Source: Elusimicrobiota bacterium (GTDB taxonomy: Bacteria > Elusimicrobiota > Elusimicrobia > 2-02-FULL-39-32). From it: 64,000 nucleotides of DNA. The stretch spans positions 6,760-70,759 of the forward strand of contig JAKFYJ010000015.1 in the NCBI GenBank assembly GCA_021730935.1. The letters run 5' to 3'. Under the pieces are notes generated by a model. That model did no database searches. It was not told where the DNA came from and saw nothing but the letters and a program-made list of their open reading frames with translations. The position numbers and the translations under genes are program-made. Shown one piece after another: positions 9,395 to 18,616 of this stretch. Within the stretch, counting starts at the first letter, position 1, and each line of letters begins with the position of its first letter.

Positions 9395-10648
9395 TCACTC
9401 CGCTCCGGCTCGGATGATTTCGATGGGCGTGAGTTTTCCCGCGGCGCGCGCGGGGAGAATGCTGGCAAGCGAAGACGCTATCAAAGCCAACAGAGCGGCC
9501 TGAACATAAATGTAAGGGTCAAAGGAAATCATGAGGTGTCCTGTCCCGATCGCCATGGGTCCGCCTCCGAAGGGAATCGTCTGAAGATAAAGGCATGCGG
9601 CATATCCGAACAAAAGTCCCGTGAGCGCGCCGGAAACTCCGAGCATGAATCCTTGAGAGAAGAAGAGCCAGAGGATGTCCCGCGTGTCATATCCCATGGA
9701 ACGCAGGATCGCGATGTCCTGCCGTTTGTGCATCACGGTCATGTTGAGGACATTGTATATGCCGAACGCCGCCACGATTAAAATAGCGCCGATGGACATA
9801 AACCGGACCATGTCTTGAATGCGGAATACGTCGAATAAATTGGAATTGATCTGGTCCCAGCTTTCCACCTTTTCAGGCCCGATGGCCGCCCAGGTGTTGG
9901 CGATGGCCGCCGCCTGAGAATGGTCATGCAATTTTACCGCAATGGCATTCACCTGATTGAGAGTCCTTTTTACTTTTTGGACGTCGCCCAAAGAACCATA
10001 GGCGTTCACATCCGCAAGGCGGTTCCCGGTTCGATAGACCCCGACAACCTTGAACGGCGCGGGAGGTGTGTTGGCCAGAGAGACATAAACATTTTGAGAA
10101 ACTTCCACGCCCAATTTTTTCTTGAGCTCAGATCCGATGATGAGACGGTTGCCTCCGGAAGCGAGGTCCGCGAATTTGCCTTCGATGACATAATCGCCGA
10201 TGGTGGTGACTTTCTGCTGTTGAAGGGGATCGCATCCGGTCAAGATCGCAGAAAAATTGGCTTTGCCGTTGGCGAAGATGACGGGAGCGGTCAGCTGGGG
10301 AGAATAGGCCGCCACGCGGGGATCGTTCTTGAGGCGCTGATACCAGCTCTGGGGATTTTCAACAATGGCGCTGTCTTTTCTGCCCGAGGGAGGAACGGTC
10401 CAAAAGATGTGCTGATATGCCGACGAGAAAAAGGAGTTGTCCAAAGAGCGTTCGGTCAGGAAATCTTCGCGCGACTGGATGAGGACATGGGCGCTGTTGT
10501 TGATGAGCTGGTCGATCAGATAATATCGGAATCCGAGCATGAAGCCGGAGATGGTGACATAAGCCGCGGCGCCGAAGAAAATTCCAAGGAGAGTGAGGAG
10601 GGTTTGGCGGGGCCGCGAGAAAAGATAGCGGAGCGCGAGCGCATTCAT
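9395..10648 (-). CDS. ABC transporter permease (LolC/E, MacB-FtsX family)
   Basis: N-terminal TM, periplasmic domain, IAILRSMG, PARAAGKLTPIEIIR. Confidence 0.9.
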   Translation of the reverse strand: MNALALRYLFSRPRQTLLTLLGIFFGAAAYVTISGFMLGFRYYLIDQLINNSAHVLIQSREDFLTERSLDNSFFSSAYQHIFWTVPPSGRKDSAIVENPQSWYQRLKNDPRVAAYSPQLTAPVIFANGKANFSAILTGCDPLQQQKVTTIGDYVIEGKFADLASGGNRLIIGSELKKKLGVEVSQNVYVSLANTPPAPFKVVGVYRTGNRLADVNAYGSLGDVQKVKRTLNQVNAIAVKLHDHSQAAAIANTWAAIGPEKVESWDQINSNLFDVFRIQDMVRFMSIGAILIVAAFGIYNVLNMTVMHKRQDIAILRSMGYDTRDILWLFFSQGFMLGVSGALTGLLFGYAACLYLQTIPFGGGPMAIGTGHLMISFDPYIYVQAALLALIASSLASILPARAAGKLTPIEIIRAGAE

Positions 10649-11442
10649 TTTTTTTCTGCCTCTTTCTTGATGAGGAGCCGGTCGCCTTCTTGGACGCCGC
10701 CGGAAACGATCTGAACCGTTTCTCCGTCCACAATGCCTATTTTTATTTCAACCGCCTGCGCCCGGCCGGAACCCCGCTTGACCCAAACTTTTCCCTCTTC
10801 AATCGCGGCAAGAGGCGCCAAAAGCGCGTCGGGAATTTCGGCAATGCCGATGGCGACATCAGCCGTCATGCCTGGGAGAATCTGCGGAGGGAGGTTCGCG
10901 ACCCCGATTCGGACAAGAAAATTGTTTTCGTGGGAATAAACTGACTGAACCGCGCCTTCGAAAGATTCTCCTCTCATGCTTTCAAAACTGATCCTGGCCT
11001 TCTGCCCTTGCCGGACGCGGAGGACAGCGCGCTGTTCGAGCGACACGACGATGTAACGGTCTTTCAGGTCTGCGAGGCTCAGGATCACGGACTGGGCAAA
11101 AACATTTTCTCCAATCTTGACCGGCAGATAAGTCACGGTCCCGTCAAAAGGCGCGGCAACGGAAACAGTCCCCTCCAGCTCAACGAGAGGCTGACCCCGC
11201 TTCACCGGATCGCCTTCCTTCACATAAAGTTTCCGCACCGTGCTGGTGACCCCAAGTTTGACCTGATAACTTTTGGAAGCCGTCACGGTCCCGATGCCGT
11301 AAACGCTCTCCAAGACCGGTCCCCGTTTGAGAGGCTGTGTCAGAGAATTTGAACCGTTCGAAACCACGCTCCGCCATTGCCAGGCCGCAGCCAAGAGGAC
11401 AGCCGCGATTCCGGCGATGACGAAGGCTTTTTTATGTTTCAT
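10645..11442 (-). CDS. Efflux periplasmic adaptor (MacA/HlyD-like)
   Basis: N-terminal anchor; lipoyl-like VKEGDPVKRGQPL and APFDGTV; LPGMTA. Confidence 0.85.
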   Translation of the reverse strand: MKHKKAFVIAGIAAVLLAAAWQWRSVVSNGSNSLTQPLKRGPVLESVYGIGTVTASKSYQVKLGVTSTVRKLYVKEGDPVKRGQPLVELEGTVSVAAPFDGTVTYLPVKIGENVFAQSVILSLADLKDRYIVVSLEQRAVLRVRQGQKARISFESMRGESFEGAVQSVYSHENNFLVRIGVANLPPQILPGMTADVAIGIAEIPDALLAPLAAIEEGKVWVKRGSGRAQAVEIKIGIVDGETVQIVSGGVQEGDRLLIKKEAEKK

Positions 11443-11570
11443 TCGGCAGATCTTTTCGTGCGGGAGATCATCTGGTGCCGGCCCCGGGTGCGCGTTGTTT
11501 TGCGAAACCTGTCCGCCGCCTTGTGAACCGCCGTCTTGTCATCCGTCAAACATCCGGCTATTTTTTTCAT
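11439..11570 (-). CDS. Putative 43-aa small protein translationally coupled to the adaptor gene
   Basis: GGAGG SD upstream; MKKIAGCLTDDKTAVHKAADRFRKTTRTRGRHQMISRTKRSAE; stop overlaps the next start (ATGA). Confidence 0.4.
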   Translation of the reverse strand: MKKIAGCLTDDKTAVHKAADRFRKTTRTRGRHQMISRTKRSAE

Positions 11571-11663
11571 ATGGATCCCTCCATTTCCCCCAAGTACAGC
11601 TTAGCTGTTTGGGAGCAAGAAGGCTATGATGTGGGTCATACTGCAGGATACGAGAGGAAAAAT

Positions 11664-11738
11664 TGGTGCGCCCGACGGGAGTTGAACCCGTGTTACGTCC
11701 TTGAAAGGGACGTGACCTAACCGCTAGTCGACGGGCGC
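11664..11738 (-). tRNA. tRNA-Glu (TTC)
   Basis: Cloverleaf GCGCCCG...CGGGCGC-ACCA; anticodon arm CGTCC-CT-TTC-AA-GGACG; T-loop GTTCAAC; extended -10 TGATATAAT upstream. Confidence 0.95.
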
Positions 11739-11760
11739 GTGAGCCGAAGATTATATCATT

Positions 11761-13110
11761 TTATGAAAACAGTTTCTCGCCCATCTTCCAAACATCTCCC
11801 GCGCCCAGGGTGACGAACACCGTGTCTTCGCGGATGAGCTTGCGCAGATCTTCGGAAAAGCCGTTTTGATAGAGAGCGTGAACCCTGTGGCGTTTGACGG
11901 CGGAAACCAGTTTTTTGGAGTCCACGCCTCGGAGAGGTTTCTCGCCTGCGGAATAGATTGGAAGAAGCAGAACCTTGTCGGCCCCTTTGAAACAGGCGGA
12001 GAAATCTTTCCACAACAGCTTCGTTCGGGAATATCGGTGCGGCTGGAAAAGCACCACGAGATTTTTGTGGGGATATTTTTCCCGAAGCGCCTGCAGGACA
12101 GCCCGAATTTCCGTCGGGTGGTGGCCGTAATCGTCAATCCAGACCGCGCCGTCTTTCTCTCCCCGCTTTTCGAGCCGGCGGCCCACGCTTTCAAATTTGT
12201 CCAAGGCCTTTCGGATTTGATCAAACGGAATTTTCAGCTCCATGCCGAGCGCGCAGGCGGCGAGGGAATTCAAAATGTTGTGTTTGCCCGGCAGTTTCAA
12301 GGTCACCTGCCCGATTTTAGCGCCGTTGTGAACGAGCGTATACCAAGTGCCTTCGGAATATTGGTGAATATCTTCGCAGGCATATTCTGATCCGTGACTG
12401 AAACCATAGGTCACGACGCGGCGCGTCAGGCTCGGCAAAATGGATTTGACGCCGAGATCGTCCCGGCAGACGATGTCGCAGCCATAAAAAGGCACGCGGT
12501 TGGCGAACTGAACAAAAGAAGCGCGCAAATTTTTGACCGTTTTGTGATAATCCAGATGATCGTTGTCGATGTTGGTGATGATCCCGATCGCGGGCGAAAG
12601 TTTCAGGAACGAGCCATCGGACTCATCAGCTTCGGCCACCATGAACTCACCGTTGCCAAGTTTCGCGCCGCCGCCCAAATGCTTCACTTTTCCGCCGATG
12701 ATGAAGGTGGGGTCCCAGCCCGCTTCCTGCAAAATGGCCGCGGCCATAGACGTGGTGGTGGTTTTTCCGTGAGAGCCCGCAACCGCGATCGTATATTTCA
12801 GCCGAGCGATTTCCGCAAGCATTTCGATGCGGGGCACGACGGGTATTTTGTGTTTTCTGGCGAAAACGACTTCGGGATTTTCTTTTTTGACTGCGGTGGA
12901 AGTGACCACGACTTGCGCGGGGCCGACATTCTCTTCGCGGTGCCCATAAAAAATTTTCGCGCCCAACCCCATGAGCCGAACCGTGACGTCGGTCTCCTTC
13001 AAATCAGAACCGCTCACCTGATATCCCAAAGTGAGAAGAACCTCGGCGATGCCCGACATTCCGGACCCGCCGATCCCCACAAAATGAATGTTTTGGATGG
13101 TTTTAAACAT
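11761..13110 (-). CDS. murC: UDP-N-acetylmuramate--L-alanine ligase
   Basis: HFVGIGGSGMSG, GSHGKTTT, EADESDGSF, DDYGHHPTE. Confidence 0.97.
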   Translation of the reverse strand: MFKTIQNIHFVGIGGSGMSGIAEVLLTLGYQVSGSDLKETDVTVRLMGLGAKIFYGHREENVGPAQVVVTSTAVKKENPEVVFARKHKIPVVPRIEMLAEIARLKYTIAVAGSHGKTTTTSMAAAILQEAGWDPTFIIGGKVKHLGGGAKLGNGEFMVAEADESDGSFLKLSPAIGIITNIDNDHLDYHKTVKNLRASFVQFANRVPFYGCDIVCRDDLGVKSILPSLTRRVVTYGFSHGSEYACEDIHQYSEGTWYTLVHNGAKIGQVTLKLPGKHNILNSLAACALGMELKIPFDQIRKALDKFESVGRRLEKRGEKDGAVWIDDYGHHPTEIRAVLQALREKYPHKNLVVLFQPHRYSRTKLLWKDFSACFKGADKVLLLPIYSAGEKPLRGVDSKKLVSAVKRHRVHALYQNGFSEDLRKLIREDTVFVTLGAGDVWKMGEKLFS

Positions 13111-13118
13111 ACGAAAAT

Positions 13119-14303
13119 TTAGTCTATTTTAACAATCGCGCATTTGAGATATTCGGTCTCGGGCATGGCCAGGTGAATGGGGTGGTCCCGCGACTGGCCC
13201 CGCATCTCGAGGAGCCGCGCCGTCCGTTTCTGTTCAGCGGCGGCGCTGTTGATCATCTTTAAAAAATCGTCCCGGCGGATGTGATGCGAGCAAGAGCAAG
13301 AAATTAAAATTCCGCCCTTGTTCAGGCACGCGATCGCCAGTTCGTTCAGCTTGCCGTATTTCCTGAGCCCCGCAAAAACCGTCTTTTTCGTCTTGGCCAA
13401 AGCCGGCGGATCCAGCACGATGATATCAAATTTTTTCTTTTCCGCCTGAAACCCCGCCAATGCCGCTTCAACGTCTTCCTGAAGGACATTGCCCTTGAGG
13501 CCGTTGATGGCGTAATTTTTCCGGATGAGGTCACAGGCTGGCGCGGAGGAATCGATGCTGGTGACGCTGGCCGCTCCGCCCTGAGCCGCATAAACGCCGA
13601 AGGAGCCGACATAAGAATAACAGTCGAGGACGCTCTTGCCCTTGGCATAAAAAGTGAGGCGGACGCGGTTTTCTCTCTGATCAAAAAAGAACCCGGACTT
13701 TTGGCCGGACTGAGGATCCGCCATAAACTTCAATTTGTTGCCATGGAACCCCTGGGTTATTTCGATGGGCCCCTCAAACTTTCCGTCCACAAAACCCACT
13801 TCGTCCTTGGCGCCTTCCATCGCGCGCATGGAACTGTCGCTTTTGTTGTAGATGGCTTTGGGCGAAAATATTTTTTTGAGCGCGGAATAAACGATGGGCA
13901 AAAGCAGGTCAATCCCCAAGCAATACGACTGCACGACAAAAACGTCGCCGAAACGGTCGATGATGAGTCCGGGCAGAAAATCGGATTCTCCGAACACGAG
14001 GCGATAAGCGGTTTCGCCGGGAAAAAGTTCTTCGCGGAGAAAGAGGGCGTTCCGGATGCGGGCTTCAATGAACGCTTCGTCGATTTCTTCGGGTTTATGA
14101 GTGAGGATGCGGAGCGCGATCAAAGAATGTGGATTGCAAAATCCGCGGCCCACGAATTGCTTGCGCGCGGAATAAATGTCCACGAGCCCGCCGGGCGTGA
14201 CATCCTCCTCGGCTTTGTCGATTTCGTTGGAGAACACCCAGAGGTGCCCTTCTTCCACGCGTTTTTCGCTGTGGGGTTTTAAATAAACTTGAGGATATTC
14301 CAT
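13119..14303 (-). CDS. RlmI-like SAM-dependent 23S rRNA methyltransferase
   Basis: PUA N-terminus (GHLWVFSNEI), GQKSGFFFDQRENR, LDPP, SCSCS, ETEYLK; start at MEYPQ. Confidence 0.88.
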   Translation of the reverse strand: MEYPQVYLKPHSEKRVEEGHLWVFSNEIDKAEEDVTPGGLVDIYSARKQFVGRGFCNPHSLIALRILTHKPEEIDEAFIEARIRNALFLREELFPGETAYRLVFGESDFLPGLIIDRFGDVFVVQSYCLGIDLLLPIVYSALKKIFSPKAIYNKSDSSMRAMEGAKDEVGFVDGKFEGPIEITQGFHGNKLKFMADPQSGQKSGFFFDQRENRVRLTFYAKGKSVLDCYSYVGSFGVYAAQGGAASVTSIDSSAPACDLIRKNYAINGLKGNVLQEDVEAALAGFQAEKKKFDIIVLDPPALAKTKKTVFAGLRKYGKLNELAIACLNKGGILISCSCSHHIRRDDFLKMINSAAAEQKRTARLLEMRGQSRDHPIHLAMPETEYLKCAIVKID

Positions 14304-14304
14304 T

Positions 14305-14673
14305 TTATTCCGGGAGATAACTCGCGGCTCCTGATTCTGTTTCCCACACAGTGACGCGAGAGGGTTTCGGGGACGGGAGCGCTTTGACGAATTCTTCGCA
14401 GATCCAGCGCGCGACATTTTCCGCGGAAGGGTTCAACTTGTCGAAAGGCGGCACAACGTTCAGGTTTTTATAGTCAATTTTTGAGATGATTTTATCGAGG
14501 ATCTGCTGAACCTCGACGAAATCCACGAGATATTCCTCCGGCTGGACCAGCTTTTGTCCGCTGAAAACGACGCGGACGCGCCAGTTGTGACCGTGGAGCG
14601 GCTCATCAACCCCATGATAATTGCGCAGGAAATGCGCGCTCGAGAAAGTTTTTTCAACCTGAACTTCGTACAT
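14305..14673 (-). CDS. 6-pyruvoyl-tetrahydropterin synthase family protein with PTPS-III-type motif
   Basis: FSSAH...DEPLHGHNW, PSAENVA, WET; lacks the catalytic Cys of QueD. Confidence 0.85.
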   Translation of the reverse strand: MYEVQVEKTFSSAHFLRNYHGVDEPLHGHNWRVRVVFSGQKLVQPEEYLVDFVEVQQILDKIISKIDYKNLNVVPPFDKLNPSAENVARWICEEFVKALPSPKPSRVTVWETESGAASYLPE

Positions 14674-14704
14674 CTATACAGTTTACAAAATATATAATAG
14701 GAAT

Positions 14705-15487
14705 ATGTTCCCCATCCTCATCCGCCTGGGCCCGATCACTCTGCACACCTATGGTTTATTGGTGGCTCTGGGAATTTTCGCGGGCATCAAGATCTGCATC
14801 CGCGCCGCGTCCAAAGACGGATTTTCCGGCAAAGAAGTTCAGGACTCCATTTATCAGCTCGGGTTTTATGTCATGCTCTCCGGCATTTTGGGCGCGCGTG
14901 TGTTTTATGTCGTCACTCACTGGGCGGAGTTTTCTGCAAATATCACCGACGTCATAAAAATCTGGCAGGGCGGCCTCGTCTTTTACGGCGGACTGATCGG
15001 AGCCCTCGTCGGATTTTATGTCTGGAACCGCTCAAAGCCCTTCGCCGCGGACTGGAAGCAAGTCACAGACTGGATCGCGCCTTCGCTTGCGTTCGGACAC
15101 GCGCTGGGCCGCCTGGGCTGTTTCGCGGCCGGATGCTGTTATGGCAAAGTCACCGATGAGCCGTGGGGCGTCACATTCCTCAATCCTGACTCTCTCGCTC
15201 CGCTCGGAATTCCCTTGCATCCGACACAAATATACGAATCGATTTTCCTGATCCTCCTCGGCTGTTTCCTCCTCCGGCGCCTGTCCAAAACGCATCAAGA
15301 CCCCAACCGAAAGCGCGGCGCCATATTCATAGAATACCTTCTTATATATAGCGTCGGCCGTTTCCTGATCGAATTCTTGCGCGCCGACGAACCTCTCCAA
15401 GGGGGGCTTTCTCCCGGGCAAATGGTAAGTTTGGTGATTTTTGCCTCGGCGCTCGCCTTCGCAATTAAACGAAAAAATGTTCGGTAG
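14705..15487 (+). CDS. lgt: Prolipoprotein diacylglyceryl transferase
   Basis: YGL, GARVFYV, WQGGLVFYGG, GRLGCF, HPTQIYE, RFLIEFLR. Confidence 0.95.
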   Translation: MFPILIRLGPITLHTYGLLVALGIFAGIKICIRAASKDGFSGKEVQDSIYQLGFYVMLSGILGARVFYVVTHWAEFSANITDVIKIWQGGLVFYGGLIGALVGFYVWNRSKPFAADWKQVTDWIAPSLAFGHALGRLGCFAAGCCYGKVTDEPWGVTFLNPDSLAPLGIPLHPTQIYESIFLILLGCFLLRRLSKTHQDPNRKRGAIFIEYLLIYSVGRFLIEFLRADEPLQGGLSPGQMVSLVIFASALAFAIKRKNVR

Positions 15488-15998
15488 ATTCCGCCTGAAC
15501 GGCCTGGACATGGCCAAGATCGGGGGCAGTCTCCTGATGATCATCGGGCTCACTGTCATCACCTTTCGCTTCACGGATATCCACGCCTCCATCCTCACTC
15601 TTTCATGGCAAAAAACCCGAGGTGAAATTATTTCGTCAACCGTCGTCGAACGCACCTCTTCCGCCCACAAACCCCAGGCTGGCCAAGTGCCCAGCAAACG
15701 CTCCATCCCCTATCATTTCTTCGATCCCGAAATCGTTTATCATTACACGGTCGACGGCAAAGAATATCAATCCAACTCGATCCACGCCGTTTCAGGCGGC
15801 CCCTTCACTCAAAGCTCCGCCCAAGGCATTGTGAATGATTATCCCGTCAGTTCCCCCGTGACCGTTTTTTATCATCCCGCCAACCCCGCGCAAGCCGCCC
15901 TCAAACGCCTGCCGGACTTGTGGGCCCTCTTCTTCATCGCCCTCGGCCTATATCTGTCAGGCCTCGGTTACCTGGTCTTTCAGGGCCCGGGGGTTTGA
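15477..15998 (+). CDS. DUF3592-like membrane protein
   Basis: TM-SWQKTRGEI...Y.Y.VDGKEY...V.VFYHPANPAQA.L-TM architecture. Confidence 0.75.
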   Translation: MFGRFRLNGLDMAKIGGSLLMIIGLTVITFRFTDIHASILTLSWQKTRGEIISSTVVERTSSAHKPQAGQVPSKRSIPYHFFDPEIVYHYTVDGKEYQSNSIHAVSGGPFTQSSAQGIVNDYPVSSPVTVFYHPANPAQAALKRLPDLWALFFIALGLYLSGLGYLVFQGPGV

Positions 15999-16103
15999 TA
16001 CACCTGCTCACCTCGTAAAACTTTCCTACACATATAGACATAATTAGCGTCTTTTCTCACTTGCGGTTCTGGGGTATGCTATACACCATGAAGCAAACAT
16101 CCC

Positions 16104-16132
16104 TTGACCTTATGTTGCGTCCATGCTACACT
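16104..16132 (+). promoter_or_regulatory. Sigma70 promoter and probable antitoxin operator of the TA module
   Basis: TTGACC-17-TACACT with extended TG; imperfect palindrome TGTTGC-N6-GCTACA at 16113-16130. Confidence 0.5.
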
Positions 16133-16458
16133 TAATACAGATCTATCACGCTCCCCATGGGCGGGCTCCATTCCAGGATTGGTATGAAGACTTGCGAGAC
16201 GAAAAGGCCAAAGGCATCATCACTGCGCGTCTTGGCCGCGTCAGGGTCGGCAACCTGGGGGACTGCAAATCAGTGGGGCAAGGAATCTTGGAGCTGCGGA
16301 TCAACTTCGGGCCTGGATACCGGGTATATTTAGGTCAGGATGGCCCGGACCTCATCATTCTGCTCTGCGGGGGCGACAAAAAATCCCAGCGCAAGGATAT
16401 CGAGAACGCTCAAAAATATTGGGAAGATTATAAACGGAATAAAAATGAAACAAAATAA
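16123..16458 (+). CDS. Type II toxin, RelE/HigB family (addiction module killer, HI1419-like)
   Basis: GNLGDCKSVGQGILELRINFGPGYRVY, LLCGGDKKSQRKDI. Confidence 0.9.
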   Translation: MLHLIQIYHAPHGRAPFQDWYEDLRDEKAKGIITARLGRVRVGNLGDCKSVGQGILELRINFGPGYRVYLGQDGPDLIILLCGGDKKSQRKDIENAQKYWEDYKRNKNETK

Positions 16459-16783
16459 GCAGAAAAGAGTGTTGACCACGCCTTATGAAGACTTTCTGGA
16501 CAAACAATTAAAGTCCCCGAAAGCTTGCGTGGCTTATTTGAACGCGGCTCTCGATCAGGACGACGACGAAGCCTTCCTGCTTGCCCTCAGGGATGTTGCC
16601 CGCGCCCAGGGCGGACTTTCTCGTTTGGCCCAGATGGCCAAAATTCACCGCGTCACTCTGCACAGGATGATGTCTAAACATGGAAACCCCCTCCTTCACA
16701 ATGTCACAGGCCTCCTGCATGTGATGGGCCTCAAGCTGACTGTGACGCCGCAACACCCTCAAAAGTTCAGCCGCGCGGCTTGA
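16445..16783 (+). CDS. Antitoxin, HTH (addiction module antidote, HI1420-like)
   Basis: AYLNAAL...FLLALRDVARAQGG...LA...GNP; overlaps the toxin stop. Confidence 0.9.
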   Translation: MKQNKQKRVLTTPYEDFLDKQLKSPKACVAYLNAALDQDDDEAFLLALRDVARAQGGLSRLAQMAKIHRVTLHRMMSKHGNPLLHNVTGLLHVMGLKLTVTPQHPQKFSRAA

Positions 16784-16809
16784 CATTCCCTGTCCAAATC
16801 TAATATAAT
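16780..16809 (+). promoter_or_regulatory. Sigma70 promoter upstream of the SAM riboswitch
   Basis: TTGACA-18-TATAAT. Confidence 0.7.
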
Positions 16810-16827
16810 CATCAAAGTTTAGTTTTT

Positions 16828-16966
16828 CTCTTATCGAGAGTGGTGGAGGGATAAGGCCCGATGAAACCACGGCAACCGCTTTGAAAGCCCTCAAAGGCCA
16901 GGTGCTAAAGCCAGTTTCAATTTGAAGCCCCGAAGTTTGGGGACGAACATTGAGATGCGATAAGAG
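16828..16966 (+). ncRNA. SAM-I (S-box) riboswitch aptamer
   Basis: P1 CTCTTATC...GATAAGAG; consensus GAGAGTGGTGGAGGGA..GGCCCGATGAAACC..GGCAACC...GGTGCTAA. Confidence 0.93.
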
Positions 16967-16980
16967 GAGAAACATTCCAG

Positions 16981-17011
16981 CCCGAGCGGAATTTCTCCTC
17001 TCGGGTTTTTT
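16981..17011 (+). terminator. Riboswitch expression-platform terminator
   Basis: CCCGAG...CTCGGG followed by a T tract; competing antiterminator GAGGAGAAA.ATTCC/GGAATTTCTCCTC uses the P1 3' strand. Confidence 0.8.
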
Positions 17012-17040
17012 ATATATAAGGGCTCCGCAAGGAGAATGTC

Positions 17041-18300
17041 ATGAGCAAGATTAAAGCGTTAAAGTGTAAGGAATGCGGCCAGGAAACCCCCGCGGTCGCC
17101 AAACATGTCTGCGAGTTCTGCTTCGGGCCTCTCGAAGTGGTCTACGATTACGACGCCATCCGCAAAGAAATTTCCCGCGAAAAAATCGAGTCTCGCCCCC
17201 GCACCCTCTGGAGATATTGGGACCTCCTCCCCGTTGAAACCCGCGAACCCGTCACGCTTGGAGAAGGGTTCACTCCTTTATTTAAGTCCCGCAACCTGGG
17301 CAAAATGCTCGGCCTCAAAAATCTCTATTTCAAGAACGATACGGTCAACCCCACATTCTCCTTCAAAGACCGCGTGGTCACAGTGGCTCTCACGAGAAGC
17401 CGCGAACTGGGCTTTGACACGGTCGCCTGCGCTTCCACGGGAAACTTGGCAGGCGCAGTTGCGGCCTATGGTTCCGTCGGAGGATTCAGGACTTTCGTGT
17501 TTATTCCGGCAGATCTGGAAAAAGGCAAAGTCGTGGGCGCGGGCGTTTATGACCCCATCATCGTGGGCGTCAAGGGAAATTATGACGATGTGAACCGGCT
17601 TTGCGCCGAAGTTGCTGACCAATATCGCTGGGCTTTCGTGAATGTGAACATTCGTCCTTATTATGCTGAAGGTTCCAAAACCCTTGGCTTCGAAGTGGCC
17701 GAACAGCTCGGCTGGCGCGCACCGGACCATGTTGTGGTGCCTGCCGCGTCCGGTTCCTTGCTCACCAAAATATACAAAGGCCTGGGCGAGTTTCACCAGC
17801 TGGGTTTGATCCCGGAATTCCACACGAAAATTTCCGTCGCTCAGGCGGCGGGATGCTCTCCCATCGTGACAGCCATCAAGGAAAAATCTGACATTGTGAA
17901 ACCTGTCATCCCGCACACCATCGCCAAATCCATCGCCATCGGGAACCCCGCGGACGGATATTACGCTTCAAAAGTGGTGCAGAAGACCGGAGGCTCAGGA
18001 GAATCAGTCACGGACGACGAAATTGTGGAAGGCATCAAGCTGCTGGCCAAGCACGAAGGCGTCTTCGCCGAAACGGCAGGCGGCACGACGGTGGCCGTGT
18101 TGAAAAAACTCGTTGAATTAGGTAGGATTGAACGAGACGAGACCGTGGTGGCATACATCACCGGAAACGGCTTGAAAACCCAAGAAGCAGTGGCAGAAAA
18201 AGTTTCCAAGCCGCACTTGATCGATGCTCAGATCAACCAATTCCGGGACCTCTACGATTCCATCGTCAAGTCCAAGCGCCCCGAACCCGTCGGCGCATAA
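17041..18300 (+). CDS. Threonine synthase-family PLP enzyme (probable O-phosphohomoserine sulfhydrylase)
   Basis: N-terminal CxxC..CxxC, LGEGFTPL, SFKDR (PLP Lys), ASTGNLA, ITGNGLK; lies under a SAM riboswitch. Confidence 0.85.
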   Translation: MSKIKALKCKECGQETPAVAKHVCEFCFGPLEVVYDYDAIRKEISREKIESRPRTLWRYWDLLPVETREPVTLGEGFTPLFKSRNLGKMLGLKNLYFKNDTVNPTFSFKDRVVTVALTRSRELGFDTVACASTGNLAGAVAAYGSVGGFRTFVFIPADLEKGKVVGAGVYDPIIVGVKGNYDDVNRLCAEVADQYRWAFVNVNIRPYYAEGSKTLGFEVAEQLGWRAPDHVVVPAASGSLLTKIYKGLGEFHQLGLIPEFHTKISVAQAAGCSPIVTAIKEKSDIVKPVIPHTIAKSIAIGNPADGYYASKVVQKTGGSGESVTDDEIVEGIKLLAKHEGVFAETAGGTTVAVLKKLVELGRIERDETVVAYITGNGLKTQEAVAEKVSKPHLIDAQINQFRDLYDSIVKSKRPEPVGA

Positions 18301-18318
18301 AATTTAGCGGAGGAAATC

Positions 18319-18597
18319 ATGTCAGCGAAAGTCCGAATACCAGCCCCGTTGCGCAAACTCACCAAGGACCAGGCCGTTGTCGAATCAAAAGGCGGAACCA
18401 TCGACGAGGTTTTGGCTGACCTCGAAAAAAATTATCCCGGCATCAAAGAGCGCATCTGCGACGAAACGGGCCAAGTGCGCCGCTTCATCAACATTTTCGT
18501 GAACGGCGAAGACATCCGCTTCAAGGAAGGCGCCAAGACCAAGATCGCGGCCGACGCCGAGATCAGCATCATCCCCGCCATCGCCGGCGGCATATAA
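18319..18597 (+). CDS. MoaD/ThiS/CysO-like ubiquitin-fold sulfur carrier
   Basis: V.IPAPLR...INIFVNGEDIRF...IIPAIAGG-I. Confidence 0.9.
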   Translation: MSAKVRIPAPLRKLTKDQAVVESKGGTIDEVLADLEKNYPGIKERICDETGQVRRFINIFVNGEDIRFKEGAKTKIAADAEISIIPAIAGGI

Positions 18598-18616
18598 AAA
18601 AATAGCGGCACTCGAT

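Noticed and set aside
11664-11738. Integrated element at tRNA-Glu or tRNA-Asn
   Set aside because: I saw no integrase and no duplicated tRNA 3' end by eye.
14305-14673. Assigning the symbol queD
   Set aside because: The catalytic Cys is absent and the motif is PTPS-III-like.
17041-18300. Assigning the symbol thrC
   Set aside because: The SAM riboswitch and sulfur-carrier context argue for a different reaction.
18319-18597. Ubiquitin-like antiphage conjugation system (Bil/CBASS-like)
   Set aside because: No E1, E2 or JAB genes are adjacent, and the context is sulfur metabolism.
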